Origin: Fistulifera solaris
Lineage: Eukaryota
DNA length: 64,000 bases
Direction of reading: 5' to 3'
NCBI GenBank assembly: GCA_030295235.1
Contig: AP026130.1
Location: 1,116,001 to 1,180,000, forward strand
Part shown: positions 25,468 through 38,787 of the stretch, piece after piece
Position numbering within the stretch: the stretch's first letter is position 1
Layout: each line of letters starts with the position of its first letter
Made by a program: the position numbers and the translations under genes
Notes under the pieces: model-generated
The model's database searches: none
What the model was told of the DNA's origin: nothing
The model's input: the letters and a program-made list of their open reading frames with translations, nothing else

Positions 25468-26242
25468 ATGAGCCGTGGAAGACCCCGTCAACCCGTATCT
25501 GAGGACAAGCTGATTCGCAAACGATTGGCTGCGAAGCTGCGCCAACGACGATGCCGCGAACGGAAGAAAGGGATTGTAAAGATGGAGACCAACTCAAAGA
25601 ATGTTTCTCATACTATCGCAGATGATTCGGTCACAAAGAACAACCATTCAGTTCCTCCTTCACCTCCTTGCAAATTGAAGATAGTTCATGTTCCTGTGCC
25701 AACATATTTCGGTCTTCCCCCGTACCAAAGTCACCCCATGTATATGCCTCATCCCATCAGCGCCCCAGGGAGTCATCATCCCCATCATCGCCCCCCTGGA
25801 CCCACGAGCTCATCCCGGATACGCCGTGCATGCTCCTTATTACCACCCAATCTATCCGATGATGCCATATCCTAACCGTTCGACCGTTCGTAGTGGTCCG
25901 TATACTGCAGCGACTACTTCAGCGCAGTCCGACAATATTCCACGAACAGTCTCAAGATCTTCATCTGACGCTTCGACCGACGATTCTGTTATTACTTCTG
26001 ATATGCGTCTGAGTAAGCACGAGCCAAAGAAGCAGAAGAAGTCTCTTGCATCTGAGGAGAAAACAGCCGTTGATGCCATCTTATCGCTGAAATCGAATAG
26101 CTCCGATGACGAATCATCCGACGAGACGATATCTACCATAGATGAGGGCCTTTCACTCGCATCGAATAGTATGGAGGAGCATTCAACCATCATTCAATGC
26201 GTTGATAATGCACAGTCAGTATTTCGAGCGGTCTCCGTTTGA
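25468..26242 (+). CDS. Putative transcription factor with a bZIP-like basic region; frameshift in a C-run near 25792
   Basis: RKRLAAKLRQRRCRERKK basic region, P/H-rich middle, and an AVDAILSL short helix. No clear leucine zipper. Confidence 0.65.
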
Positions 26243-27269
26243 AGTGACCCCATTTGCAATATAATCTAACGAGGAGATTGATGATGGCCGAAGGCGCGGT
26301 GCTATTTCCTACATTAATTTGGCATGTAACTAACTAAAACCTGTTTTAACGCAACAAAAAAAGATGAACACGTCTCCTCATCGTGTCAACTTTTGTATAA
26401 CACGTATGGCGAGGCACGGTGTGTGTTTCTTGTGAACTTGTCCGTTGACTGACCATTCAATAAATCGTCGATTAAAGCTATTATTGCGACTGACTATCAG
26501 AAATTGAGGTAGACTATGGAGGGTCTCATCTCGGACGACCGGATTACTGCACTGACACTCCCCTTCGTTAGAGTTTTAAGGCTCACTAGTTGTGTTGGTG
26601 TCCGCACTCATCGCCCTAGTTTTCCAATCCTACCAACGGGAACGGTAGGCGACTTATGACTTGACTCACAAGGAGATTAGAGGAATAATAAAGGATATCA
26701 TGGTAATGATGGATATTAATAGATAATAGCATATTGGACTGATGGGTATATTGTGAGATGAGATGTAATGAAGATAGGATCGAATGATAATGAGATCCGT
26801 TCGCATAATATGAGAACCGTTCGGATAATAAAGATACCGACGACGACAGACCGTAGGTCACTGCATTCTGCCTCCAAAAGTTTATGTCGAAGATGAAGGC
26901 GGAGAGATGAACTTTTGAAATAATGAAGTCGTCGGATTTTTAGAGCAACGGAAAATGAGGGTCCGAGATTCTTCTCTCCGGGTGACACAGAACGTTCGTC
27001 TTCTCGATACGATGTCGTCATCATTCGCGGGCTGCGCGTCGTCGCGCTATGACAAATTATTGTGTTCGAACGAACGACGATTATGATTGGTAGCTTCAAG
27101 CAAAGACTCTTGAAGTAGTTGATGTTAATGAAAACGTATTGAAGCACTCAATACTCGCACTAGAGATCTCAAAGCCAGTTTACAAGTTAAGGGACGCGTT
27201 TGCGGCAACTGAAAGTCGTTTGCATTTGTCATAATCTCGTCGACGACTCTGTCTTTCAAACTTTTCAGC

Positions 27270-28765
27270 ATGCGGAAAGCTTTCTTGGCGGCTGCCTTGC
27301 TTCTCCGATGGTCTTCTGCCTTTTATCCTTGTCACATTATTTATCGGGACGTAACATCGACAATAAGGTTGTCTACAGCTGCGTCTGATGAAGGAACCGG
27401 AGATCTGGAGAAGGAAAACGAAACGTCGTCGCGACGAAGCAACGGCAAAAAAGCCATCGAAGCGCAATCGAAATGTGTTATCGCCCGCCAACAATACTGA
27501 TTCAGAAGCATCGGCGGACTTGGTGAATGCTGATATGCTTAGGAGAATAACACAGCTGGAAGAATTAGTCGCTCGGCAAGCCGTTCGCATAAAGAAATTA
27601 GAGAAAGAATGCATCGATCTGACTCTTGCTGCCGAGTCGTTTGCAAAGGTGATTGAACTGCTCCGACAAGCTGGCTTGCAGACTGATACCGGGGACGCGA
27701 TAAAACTCATGGGGAAGAATTCTTCAAAGGAGGAGGTCTACGAAGTTGTCGTCGAATCGTCCGATGTCGCAGATATTTTTGGCTCGGCTCCGGCAAATGT
27801 AATCGAAGCAGCGGACGCCGCTGGTGCCAGCATTCTAGCCGGACTGCTGGGCGGAAAACAGCGAATGATAGTTGACGTACGTGATGCAGATTTGGCGAAC
27901 GATGTCAATACGCTGGTTCAGTTTCTGGAATTGGCTGTTTTGCCGGTGGCAGCCGGTCTCGAAGGATTGAAGAGCAAACGAAATCGTTTGAAGCTAGTCT
28001 TTCCAACAGTAGGGCAATTACTCCACTACCGAAAGACTATGGCCTTGGCAGCGCCTGAAGTTGTCGCTCTTTCAACACTTGGCTTAGACCCGGTCGAAGA
28101 CCGAGACAATTCTGATAGTCATTATTGCACCCAGTCCTGACGACATTGAAGGGTTAGAAGCCATGAATAATCTCTTGGAGGGTAAAAATTCCCCGCCCAT
28201 ACCGAAGCCGGTGGTAGTAATCAATCATCACATGATTCCAATTTCAGGACCCGCTGCTAAATATGAAGTGGCGTACCACCTGCGGCTGCTTTCCGTTCAG
28301 TATGTATCGGGTGACTTACCCCAGGAGTTTCTGCCCTCACTAAATACTACGGCTAGTGCTCAAGGTAACACATCCGACGATGATCTACTCGAAGCCGCAG
28401 TAAAACACGCACTCGGGCGGGCAACGCACAGCGGAATGACTCGGGCTATGGTGGTTAGAGCATACCCTAGACCATGGCATATTTTCGTTGATACATCCCC
28501 TGATACTGACGCTGACTTTGAAGTGGCCGCCACGTTCGACACAGAACCCGCAATGGATGAAATCAATAAGGCTATAATAGAATGTCTGGAAGGCAGTGAA
28601 CAAGAAGACGAGCTTGTGGCAAAGCAGATGCAAGAAGCTCTCGAAGCAGGTCAGCTGGATAGGGTGAATGAAATGCTAGCGAGAATGGGGATCGATATAA
28701 CTGACGATGATGACGATGAAGACGAAGACGACGAGTGGAGAATATTCCGAACGGATAGTGTGTAA
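27270..28765 (+). CDS. Plastid-targeted DUF1995-like protein; frameshifts near 27450 and 28110
   Basis: Signal peptide plus SSAF-YP motif (ASAFAP-like). LKLVFP, (LIVIIAP), PVVVIN, YEVAYHL and RAMVVRAYPRPWHIFV match the DUF1995 pattern as I recall it. Confidence 0.65.
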
Positions 28766-28967
28766 TAGTGTTTTGAAGGGCAGTAAGTGGCTAAACTAGC
28801 TCCCGAATTAACGGTCAGCAGTAGCGGGCCACATGGTCACTCGTGGTCAACTATTCCACCTATGTTGATATCTAATTACGAAGGTCATTTCAAAGAATAT
28901 TTCGCGGCTTGACTGACATCCTAGAAGATGTAAAGCGTTATCTATGGTAGCTAAACGTTATTTAACG

Positions 28968-31014
28968 CTAATGTTTTTGATTTTTTCGTTCAAGCTCAGC
29001 AACTTGTTGCTTTGCCTGATCTCGTTCCTCCTCGAGCGTTTTCTGACGCTCAAGTGCTTTCTGTAGTGCCATCATCGTCTGGGCTTCTAGCATAACGATT
29101 CCTTCCGTTATCTCTTTATTCTGCGACTGCAGAATGTTGTTTTCAGCTTTTAACAAAAGCAGCTTCTTGTTTTCTTCTTTGAGCTTTGCATTCTGCTCGA
29201 ACACGTCCCGAAAAGGCGTGATGCGCTCCTCGTAATCATGTCGAAACTTGTGCCATTTTGCTTTCAATGATTTGTTTTCCACGGATAGCTGCTCCACTTG
29301 ATCCCTTAGACGGTTGACTTCGTCAAGATTCTGTGGTTCTTCGTGGATTGAGTGTAGGATCGTCCTGCCATTCAACTTCACTGGTTCACGATAGGCTTCA
29401 GCCAACGGTCGATTCAATGAATGTTCTTTAGGTTCATCGCTTTCTGACATATTTGATTCATCACACAAATCTCGGAGCGCGCTGTGCTCAGCTTTGATTC
29501 CATGTTCAACATCGACTTCTCCATGCTCAATAGAGACAGCACCGCTTGGCCAGCCGTCTGTTATATGAAACTTGACGTGCTCTATGAGCGCAATATCCTC
29601 TTCGACAACTAGGGAAGCTTCTGACTTTGGAGAAGGACGAACAGCTGAACCAGATGGTTGACCGTCTATCGGAGGAGACAGTTCGCTCTCGGAAAAGGGG
29701 GAATTTTCAAGCGGGGTCGATTGTTCAGTCTCTGAATCCTCGTAAGCAGGCGTTGATTGATCGTTCATGGTCGAAACTTCCTCGTTTATAGTAATCTCCT
29801 CACGAAGCGACGGAATAGGCAAAAGAAGGGTGGGGGAACTATATCTTCTGCCGCCTTTCATATCTCCTGTAAATCGTCTGGATCTATCGCGCCGTCTCCG
29901 CCGACTGATACATTCTTCAGGGGGAGTACGATGGCGTCGCCGTTGGCGCCGGACCATCCGATTTTCCACTATCATGAGTTGACGCCAGCATGTCGCACGC
30001 TGGGGAAGTGTTATGATCGGGTGGCGTTAGCGTATTGCGGAGTGAAGGAATCGGAAGTAGCAAGCTAACTGAATCAGTTCTTCGTCGTGCGCGAGGAATA
30101 GGAGGTGATACTTCGCGGTCCGGCCATTCTGTGATACAATTGTCCTCGTCGATATTCATGAGTCGATCAGTATTGGATTTCGTTGCGCTGTTATGAGACA
30201 CGGCATTGTCGCTTTCTGGAGTCGCCCGTGTATCGAGTGGACCCGTTCTGGTATCCGTTGCACTGTTTCCAGAGACAGTGTTTTCACTTTCGGGAGTAGT
30301 TAGCGTATTGAGTCGATCACTGATGAAATCCGTCGAGGTTTTTGTAGAAAGATTATTGTTGCTTCCTGGAGTCGTCAATGGTTGGAGTTTTCGATCCAAC
30401 TGCGTTTCGTGAAAACTCTTCCCCGTAGGCGCCACTTCTTGTGCACAAGTGGAGTTCGCAGGCGATACATTTTCCTGGTCGTGTTCGATAGCGGGTGACC
30501 TAGTGGATTGGGTCATGTGCTCTCGTAACGATGGGATTGGCAGCAGGAGAGTCGACGAATCGGTACGTCGACGACGCATGAACTTCGAGTTGTCGCGCGT
30601 CTCGACGCCGCGTAAGTGAGCAGAACCTCGAACAGAACCCTCATCGTAGGGTGAACTTTTGAAAATGGAGGCAAGAGGAGACACGTTGACAAAAGGAGAA
30701 TCAGCGCTTGTCGATGTTGGGACTTCAATTTCTTTGACCGACAAAGTACGAGTGTGCACCCCTTGACGTGATTTAGAGGGTTTTGAGTCAATTGTCCGCG
30801 GGGCATTCAAGTTTCGTGTCATAAAAGGAGCCTTTTGTGCACTCTGTGACCGCGTTGCAGGACCGGCGGCTATCGACGATTTTCCAGAGGAGGATGAAAA
30901 ACAAGGAGACTTTCGTTGAGACTCCATTTTGGCTTTTCTTTTCTCCTCCAGTTTCTTTTCCTTCCACAGCTTAAGTTGCTCTTCGCGCGATAGATTAGAC
31001 ACGTTACGAGACAT
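28968..31014 (-). CDS. Disordered protein with three LLLPIPSLR motifs and a C-terminal coiled coil; frameshift near 29922
   Basis: Two long ORFs join at a C-run (TACTCCCCCTGAA). The same motif occurs in both ORFs. Confidence 0.75.
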
Positions 31015-31477
31015 CTTCGTTACTTTATAATGTAAGGGTAATAGACAAGTAATGTAATGAATGAACAGTCAACATAAAGTGGATCTCCTCGCATCATTAT
31101 TTGCGTGATGCATGCTCGATGCTCGCGATGATCATCGCTAAAAATCACACGTTTCTTACATAAGCACGTTTATACCGCAAACCTAATTCGTTACAAAATA
31201 ATAGATATAAAAACTATTAAGCGGCATTCACAGAATTCACTATAAGAAAAAGTGTGATCCGGATATTTTTACGACTGGATAATCAATCATGAATGAGTCA
31301 CAACCGCAAGTTCATCGCGAATGAATAATTGCGATCGATAGCATGCGTTTATTATCTCGCTTCCCACAATATTATTATCACCGCAATTACACAAATCGTT
31401 CAAAAGTAGAATTGAGACGCATTTGTTTGGCTAGTTGAGAGAAAGACATCCCCATAAAGCCGTATTTTCCCTCCAAG

Positions 31478-32394
31478 ATGGCCGCATCCGCACAGCAAAT
31501 TCGACGCCAAGTGCTACAAACAATGGCCGGCGGTGCCGCCGTCATGTCCCTTCCCATCGGCGGATGGTGGTACTGGGCCAGCAAGGAACGAAGTCGCGTT
31601 GCTGAAGCACACCGGACGAAGATTCGGTTGCCCAATACACAAGATACGTATGATTATTTGATTGCTGAGAAGTGTCAACCAGGGGATGTTTTGCTCTTCG
31701 ATCGACGATGTGAGCATTGTGCGTCGGGACCTTGGGCGGCTTTGGCTTGTCTGGCGAGTAAATTCTTTTTAACAGGAAGCGAAAGTAGTTTCGATCATGC
31801 TGGATTGATCGTCCCGGGCTATGTGAAATCTAAAGCTGATTTATACGAAACGACGAATCTACTGCTGCTCGAAGCGACACCTCAAGGAATTGTCGCGCGA
31901 CCTTTGAAAGATCGTTTGGAGCAATCCTTTTCGAAAACTATAGTGCTTCTCCAGCTCAATTGTCCGGGTGAACGGCGAAACGAAGAGAGTGATCCGGATG
32001 GCGCGCAGCGAGCGAGTGTCGAGCGAACGCGCAAACACGTGGAACGAGAGCTACGTCTCTTCCGAGACCAATGGGTAGCACTCGGAAGTGGAGATGGTCA
32101 AAAGAAGTCCTATTATCCTTGGATACATTCTACTATCAGTCTAGGAGGCGCTTTGCTGTACGGAATGGGATTGCAGGATTATTCGTCGGGGCCCGTATCG
32201 CCTTCGGCATATCTTGTACTGATGGGACTGATCAAGGCATCTGCCGCACAGAGTATTGATGACAAGAGAACCGCAGCATCAAGCCCGAAGATCTGATGCG
32301 AAATTATCAGCTTCTAAACAAAGATGCTGTTCGACTGAGACCGGGATGGAGGTTCCTATCACCCATTACGATCAAAGAGGGACCAAGATTGTAG
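31478..32394 (+). CDS. Permuted papain-like (YaeF/YiiX, NlpC/P60 superfamily) domain protein; frameshift near 32264
   Basis: PGDVLLF...FDHAGLIV...LLEATPQGIVARPLKDRL pattern. N-terminal hydrophobic anchor. Adding one A extends the frame to ...IKPEDLMRNY...GPRL*. Confidence 0.6.
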
Positions 32395-32736
32395 AATTAA
32401 TTAATCAGTTAAACGTAAAAGCGCACTTGTAAAGTAATAGTATTGATGATTCATGACTTACAGCAACACTTTTGATTTATTTTTGTAAAGACTCTAGAAG
32501 ATAAACGATGACTTTAATCAATTACCGTTACGACAGGGATCTTTCCGCTGCGCACGTCCGTTCGAAAATAAACGAAACGGACGCGAAAACGGCGGCACAT
32601 TGCTACATTGCTTTTATTACGTCGTAATTACGTAGTATTACTAATTCTTTGTCTTTTGCAGCAACACACATATAACCGCAAACGCCAGTAAAGGAACTAA
32701 GAAGTGACATCATCTGTATCGGTGGAGCGAACGAAC

Positions 32737-33499
32737 ATGGATATCAAGAAACTGAAAGGTATGCGGAGACGGAAAACGTCGCACATTTTGTCCCTGAATA
32801 CAGCACGAGAGATATCTTCACTGACCACCTCCTTTGATGATCGAAAATAATAGTCGCTGAACTGCAGAATGAACTGAAACGAAGAGGGTTAGCCACAGAT
32901 GGTCTTAAGGCGGATTTAGTTAACCGGTTACAGACGCGCCTCGATGAGGAAGAATTCGGAATGGTAGATCCTCCGCCGGACGAGCCTCCTGTAGCAAGCG
33001 CTACAACAGCGGCTGCAACAACGACAACGACTACCGCTCCTTCACCTCCCAAATCTGCCGCTAAAAGTACCCAGCAAAAAGCCGAGCCGAAAGTGGAAGA
33101 GAAGAAAGAAAAACCAGCCCCTGCATCCAAAGTAGAAACCCTAGTGATTGAGGCGAAGCCAGTCCCCGCGAAACCCATGCCTTCCGGCCTTTCTTTCGAA
33201 GAGCAAAAGAAGCTACGAGCTGCTAGATTCAACATCCCAGTTGTAGAAGTGAAAAAGAAAAGCCAAAGGAGAAAGGTGGTAAACGAGAGCCAAAAGAAAA
33301 ACGGGGCAAGCGAGACAAGAAGAGTGATGCACCGAAGAATAACAAGCGCGCCAAGACAGAGCCAGCAAAGAGCGAAAAAGAGATCTTACCTAAGGAAGAG
33401 ATCGAAAAGTTACTTGCGCGAGCTGAAAAGTATGGCGGCGACCCCAAGCGGACGGAAGAACTCAGGGTTATGCTTCGTCACTACCGATTTAATCCCTAA
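32737..33499 (+). CDS. SARNP: SAP-domain ribonucleoprotein (SARNP/CIP29/Tho1/MOS11-like); intron 32759-32853, frameshift near 33255
   Basis: Spliced N-terminus MDIKKLK/VAELQNELKRRGLATDGLKADLVNRLQ is a SAP domain. KKLRAARFNI and LARAEKYG match the Tho1/MOS11 RxxRFG motifs. Confidence 0.82.
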
Positions 33500-33662
33500 G
33501 GCAACGTAGGATCGAAGGCGCAGCCGACTTATATTTTGCATTCTAAAGAGCAGTAGAAATCGAATTGAAACGGCACTAGGACAACAAACATACGAGCAGA
33601 TCTCTCTCATTTCTTCAAAATGTATCTTTCTATCTATCTTATTTCCAGCATGTCGAATTGAA

Positions 33663-36076
33663 CTACAAGGGACCGTCGACGATAGCAGAATACTTTTCAA
33701 AAAGACGATCCAAGTCATCTCCGCTGGGTCCGAAATCCAAAGCGCGTAAGCTAGTCGCTTTTCGTAGGGTAGCGGAACGACGATAAGAATCTGCTGCTCG
33801 GAAGACTCCAGGGAGTGGCTCGATCACAGGGAGTGCCACCCCTGGTAAAGAAATCTCTTTCGACGATTTTCGTACCGACATAAACGCCTTCCCAGCAAAG
33901 TGTAGTGACTGCGTTCTTTGAGGAGAGTTTCTTGCTCTCCGTTTGTTCAGCACTGGAGAGCAATCGACTCGAGGACTGACTTTGCTTGGGCTTTTGTGAC
34001 TTACGTGTTCTTCATCGCGGCGAGTTACAGGCAGAGCAGCTTCACCATCGCCTTGAGTGGAAATGGAGGACTCCTCAGTGTTAGCGATCGAAGTTATGGG
34101 TACAGCTGAGCTCACAAGAGGTAGCGGTCTCATTAGTGCGAGGCTAGAGTTTCTCCGAGTTGGAGGAATCTTCTTCCAAGAAGACAAGAGGGAGCTGGTG
34201 CGGGTTGGGGACGCGAAGGTATCAGTTCGTCGCTCCGTAGCACTTCCAAATTTCTTGCTATTGTTCTTTTGAAAGGCGAATGAAATTTGTCTGAAAGAAG
34301 AGATCTGGAACGGTTCGGCGAAACAAAACAATCTCCCTGGTTGGAGCTTCGCTCTTTTGGCCTCGCCGCCGAACTCCTTCCATCTTGGGCAGACGTGGGG
34401 TATCGAGCACTTTGAGCTTTTTGTAAGCCTAAACCGGGACGGACGGAAGATGAAAGGGTTCTCGTTGACGCTGCTGTCAAGACTTGCGGCCTTGCTTCTC
34501 CTCCGGTATCTTCCGCTGCGATGATTTTCTCGTACACAGCTAGAAGATCCTCGTGCTTAGTAAACATTTCACGTGCACTTTCAGCCTTGAGCATGGAAGG
34601 ACGTGAAGCTGTCAAATGCTCAGATCTTGATAGAGCGCCCATACTAGTCCGTCGTTTCTGATAAATGTGCTCCGAGCGTGACAACGAATCATGACATGCG
34701 GATCCGACAGCAGACGGATTCTTCTTCTTCTGGCTCATCAAACTTCTTTCGGAGCTCGTACCTTGAAGCTGCGTTTCCTCTTGATGCACGAAGAAGCCGC
34801 TGTTGCCTCTCACCACGCGTCGAGGACTCCGTGGACTCACATCCTCGCCGAGAGAATCTTTCAGGCCAAGTAACATCATAGCTTCTGCAAGTCTGCTTGT
34901 CATCTCTGCTTCTTGTTGCTTTCCTAGATCTCCGCTTCCTGTCCGCACTACACGCCTTGGGTTTGTCGGGCTATTGTATGTCCTGGAGGAGGACTTCGAG
35001 TCGGGATGCTCATCCGCATTATGAGACTGCTGACCAAAGACCAGATCTTGACCGTGCGAGCGTTCGGATACATCAGTTGACCATACACCCCGCTCCTCTG
35101 CTTCTATCGATATATCATCGTCGCTATCATCGTCCGAGTCGTCAAACGAAATGCACCCAAAGCTGTTTGTACTATTCGAACCCAGCAAAATTGCACCACT
35201 GGATGCTACCTTTTCGACGAGTAACTGGTGCTCGAAAGAAGCACCTGCTTGTGTATTGTCACCGCTTTCGGAATTGGGATCAAGATTAATGGGAGCAACA
35301 AACTCGTTTATCGGATGATTCTCAATGACTCGGGCAAGGGGCTTGGTCACGTGTTTCGGAGACAGCGGCCGCCGCGGAGAGCTAGCACCGCTAAAGAGAG
35401 AGCTGATAGGGGGCTGTCGAGTACCGTGCGACAAGGACGAAGCACGTGCTCTACGCATACGAGGCGCACCAAACGTTCCTCCTCCAACGAGATCTTTCAT
35501 CGATCTTTGTTTGTGCGATAAGGAAGTCACACGGCCCGGTTTGATTTCCGATGTCAGAAGGCTATGCGAATCAGAGCTCGTTATTTTGTCGAAAGGCATA
35601 GAAGAAGATCGTGTGCGTGCTTTCGTTCCATTTTCCGCCTCGGGCATCGCGTCGCCGTATCCGTAGACCGCACGGTCGCTGGGAGACGCTTCGTCTACGA
35701 CCTTCAAATTGCTGATGGACACGTCGCTCTCGGATGCGTCAATTGCGTACTCCACCGTAGTCTGCTTTGTCGCTGTGATCGACTGCGAACTCAACTGCGG
35801 GTCTTGATTGAGCGCTAGAGCAACGGGATCTCGTAGCTTAGTCGACCCAGAGGAGCACCCGTCGACCTCGCTTTTCCCCTTCTTCATTATTGTATAAGAA
35901 CTTATGTCAGCAAGCAGTACAAAGTCTTGCTCGTCAGTCCTCGAAGAACATGTTTGATGATCCGTTTCGCTGTTCCCATCCTCCATTTCGGTGTATGTCG
36001 TTTTCGCTGTTCCGCCTCGCTTCGTCGATCTCTTATTCTTCGAAATGAGAGTACTCAAAAAAGTCATCTTGTTCAT
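33663..36076 (-). CDS. Large Ser/Arg-rich disordered hypothetical protein; frameshift near 34325
   Basis: Overlapping 649-aa and 222-aa ORFs. C-terminus DDLDRLFEKYSAIVDGPL. Confidence 0.7.
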
Positions 36077-36906
36077 CTGCAATCGATACCCAACAGCGTC
36101 GAGCCAGTGCCCAAGTGAACTTGCAATGCGACTAAGTTTTGTTTAATCTGTTACGCCACAGTCTCCTTCATTGCATTCCTCTCGAAAACTGCAGACACTT
36201 CACAGTTGCCTTCATCTGTTTTGTTTTTTCTTTTGTTCATGCGAGGCAGAGGCGAAATTGATCCTTGCGGTCGAGTTCCCAACGGGTCACTAACGATAAC
36301 TAATAATCTTCGTATAGTGTAAAGTGTAGTCTCGCGTCCGTTTTTCAGTATAAAAATCAGTCATTTTCGATATCTCGTTCACGATGCAATGAGAATTAGT
36401 ACTGGAAATGACCGCTCGTTCTGCCTCATCCTTCTTCAACGAGTACATTCACTGTATAGTCGAAAAAGATGGCCGTTGTCAATGAGTTTTTGTCAGTATG
36501 CCGTGGTCACGGATCGCATTTTTGGTACTCAATTGCGCGTGAAAAGCTCCGTATGACGTCACCCATTTTCTCGCGTAAATCCGTCCTGTTCCGTCCAAAG
36601 TAACGTGTCGTACTGGTTGAGACTTTACTTGAACAGAAAAAAAATAATAAAATTGGCTAGGTCTAGAGAGAAACTGTGTGTTTCTGACTAAATGTTCCAG
36701 CATTAAGAATACATTTTGCTTGCGTTTTTGCTTGCTTATAAGCAACCTTTGCTGAATTCAGCTTTGGGGACCAAAAGAATTCGAAATAATGTGAACTGGT
36801 CAGCAATTTTACCAGTTTTGGGTGCCAGAAGCAACTTAGTCTATCAAATATCGTAATTACATTATTAAGCTGAGTCGCAAAACTGTTGTGAACGTACTGC
36901 TGAGGT

Positions 36907-38046
36907 CTACTCGTTTGTATCAAACATGAGCTTCTCATATTTTTGCAAAAGTTGGTTGAGCGTATCGTGACATGTGTAGCTTCTTGCGACAGGACTGCAA
37001 ACATCCAATTCGTGTACCGTTTTTCGTGCTGCTTGTTGTTTTTGAACGGATGATCCAGATCCCAAAGCAGAGGTACACCGAGTGCTTCTTGGCCCGGCGG
37101 AAGTCGAATTGGGTTGAAATAACGAAGTGGCCCCCGCCTCCGATATCGCACGTCGGGGTGAACGACGATCACAGCCAATCGCCATCACAGCTTGTTGCGA
37201 TGCTTGTCTCGTGATTACAGGTCCACGCAAAACGGTATTTTCCTTAAGGGGGGATTTTCTTGGAGATTTCCGACTCGGATTACTAACTACTAGGGGCGAC
37301 TGTGCTTGGACCTGTGGCTGAAATGGGTATCTCTGGACTGCGTGGTCACTTTTTGATAAGAAGAGCGCCCTATCACTTTGTTGCTGACGAGATGACGTTG
37401 CGTTATGTGCATGTGCTGGGCTCGTTCGTTCGGAGGTGTATCGCCGTGCGCCTCGAGTATTTGGCATTGATCGGAAATCCGGTGGAAGATAGCCAGTATT
37501 TTCCCTTGCAATACCTCTTCGTGATTGGAGTTGGAATATAGAAAAGGCCGTAGGATTCTTTACGGCAACAAGGGCCATGTCTTGCTCAACGTTCGCTTCG
37601 AGCCCCGTAACGCTCGTAGAGGATGTCAACCTGCTCTCAGTATTTTTGCCGTTCACATTTGACTTTCTTAACACCGCATTGGCTTGATTTTGGCCGATTT
37701 GCGAGTTGTGCGTGTTGACTGTTTTCCGAACTGACTTGAAGTGCCTTCCAGTAAAATTTTTGCCTTTTCTTGCAGATGTAGAAGGACTATCTACAGCAAA
37801 CATCGATCGGCATTCCGATGCCAGTGACTTTCCACTGAGAGAATTCCATGACTCATCACATTTGGTGGTAGACTCAGTGATGTCATCGTCGATATGAACT
37901 TTGTTACCTTTGCCAATCTGAACGGCAGACACACGGAGCGAGGGCGGCTTCAAGATCAAAGTTGGTGACGTCTTCATTGATGTGATTGTCGACTTAGCTC
38001 TGTGCCGGTTGCCGAGAACTTTATCTAACCACGTTGAATGTTGCAA
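36907..38046 (-). CDS. Ser/Arg-rich disordered hypothetical protein (start uncertain; first in-frame ATG 37977)
   Basis: 379-aa ORF ending HDTLNQLLQKYEKLMFDTNE. Confidence 0.65.
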   Translation of the reverse strand: MQHSTWLDKVLGNRHRAKSTITSMKTSPTLILKPPSLRVSAVQIGKGNKVHIDDDITESTTKCDESWNSLSGKSLASECRSMFAVDSPSTSARKGKNFTGRHFKSVRKTVNTHNSQIGQNQANAVLRKSNVNGKNTESRLTSSTSVTGLEANVEQDMALVAVKNPTAFSIFQLQSRRGIARENTGYLPPDFRSMPNTRGARRYTSERTSPAHAHNATSSRQQQSDRALFLSKSDHAVQRYPFQPQVQAQSPLVVSNPSRKSPRKSPLKENTVLRGPVITRQASQQAVMAIGCDRRSPRRAISEAGATSLFQPNSTSAGPRSTRCTSALGSGSSVQKQQAARKTVHELDVCSPVARSYTCHDTLNQLLQKYEKLMFDTNE

Positions 38047-38787
38047 ATGAATTTATTTTTGCTTTTCTTTGCAGGACAGCGTAAACCGAAAGCACTTGTA
38101 AATGATAAAAGGATTGAAAGATTGAAATGGGGGCAAAAAGCGGCTCGTTTTGCCACCGCAAACGCGACAAATGAGAAACAGCATTGAAGAAAGCAGAACC
38201 GCGAGACGTCATTATAGAGCTTTGTGTTGTATCGCACGCATCAAATTCGTCGAATGTTCACAGGAACAATTAAGCCAGACATCATAAGCCCTACAATTTT
38301 TGTGCTTGAAGGAAATGGCTTTAATGATTAAGTACTTTCTTTCTACAAGACATCTCCAAAGATCAAGGCGGAATGGATGCTCGGGATAGGGATAGGATCA
38401 CTATGGATCATGGATTACTGTAGGGATTAGGGATCGTGGATATTGGTTTTAAGTCGTCATTCAATCGTCATCACCTGTCTGGCGTTCAGCTAAGGATTAC
38501 AACCGGAATGGTGTAGTCTATGTTCCGAGCTCCTTCGAAGATCTACGAACAAAGGCATCCACAAGTCGTTATTGAAGCTATCAATTCAACAAAAGGGAAC
38601 ACAAAGGCGCATGCCAATAGCAGATAAACAACTTCCTTCGACTAATGAACGAAGGCACACAAAACATTAGATTGTGACTATGAACCTATAATATTGTGAA
38701 TTTTACAACACCTTAAGGCAGCTTCATTTACGGACAGGTGGTACTTGAGAGCAAGCCATAGGCCGTGAATGTACTTCCTGCGTTTCT

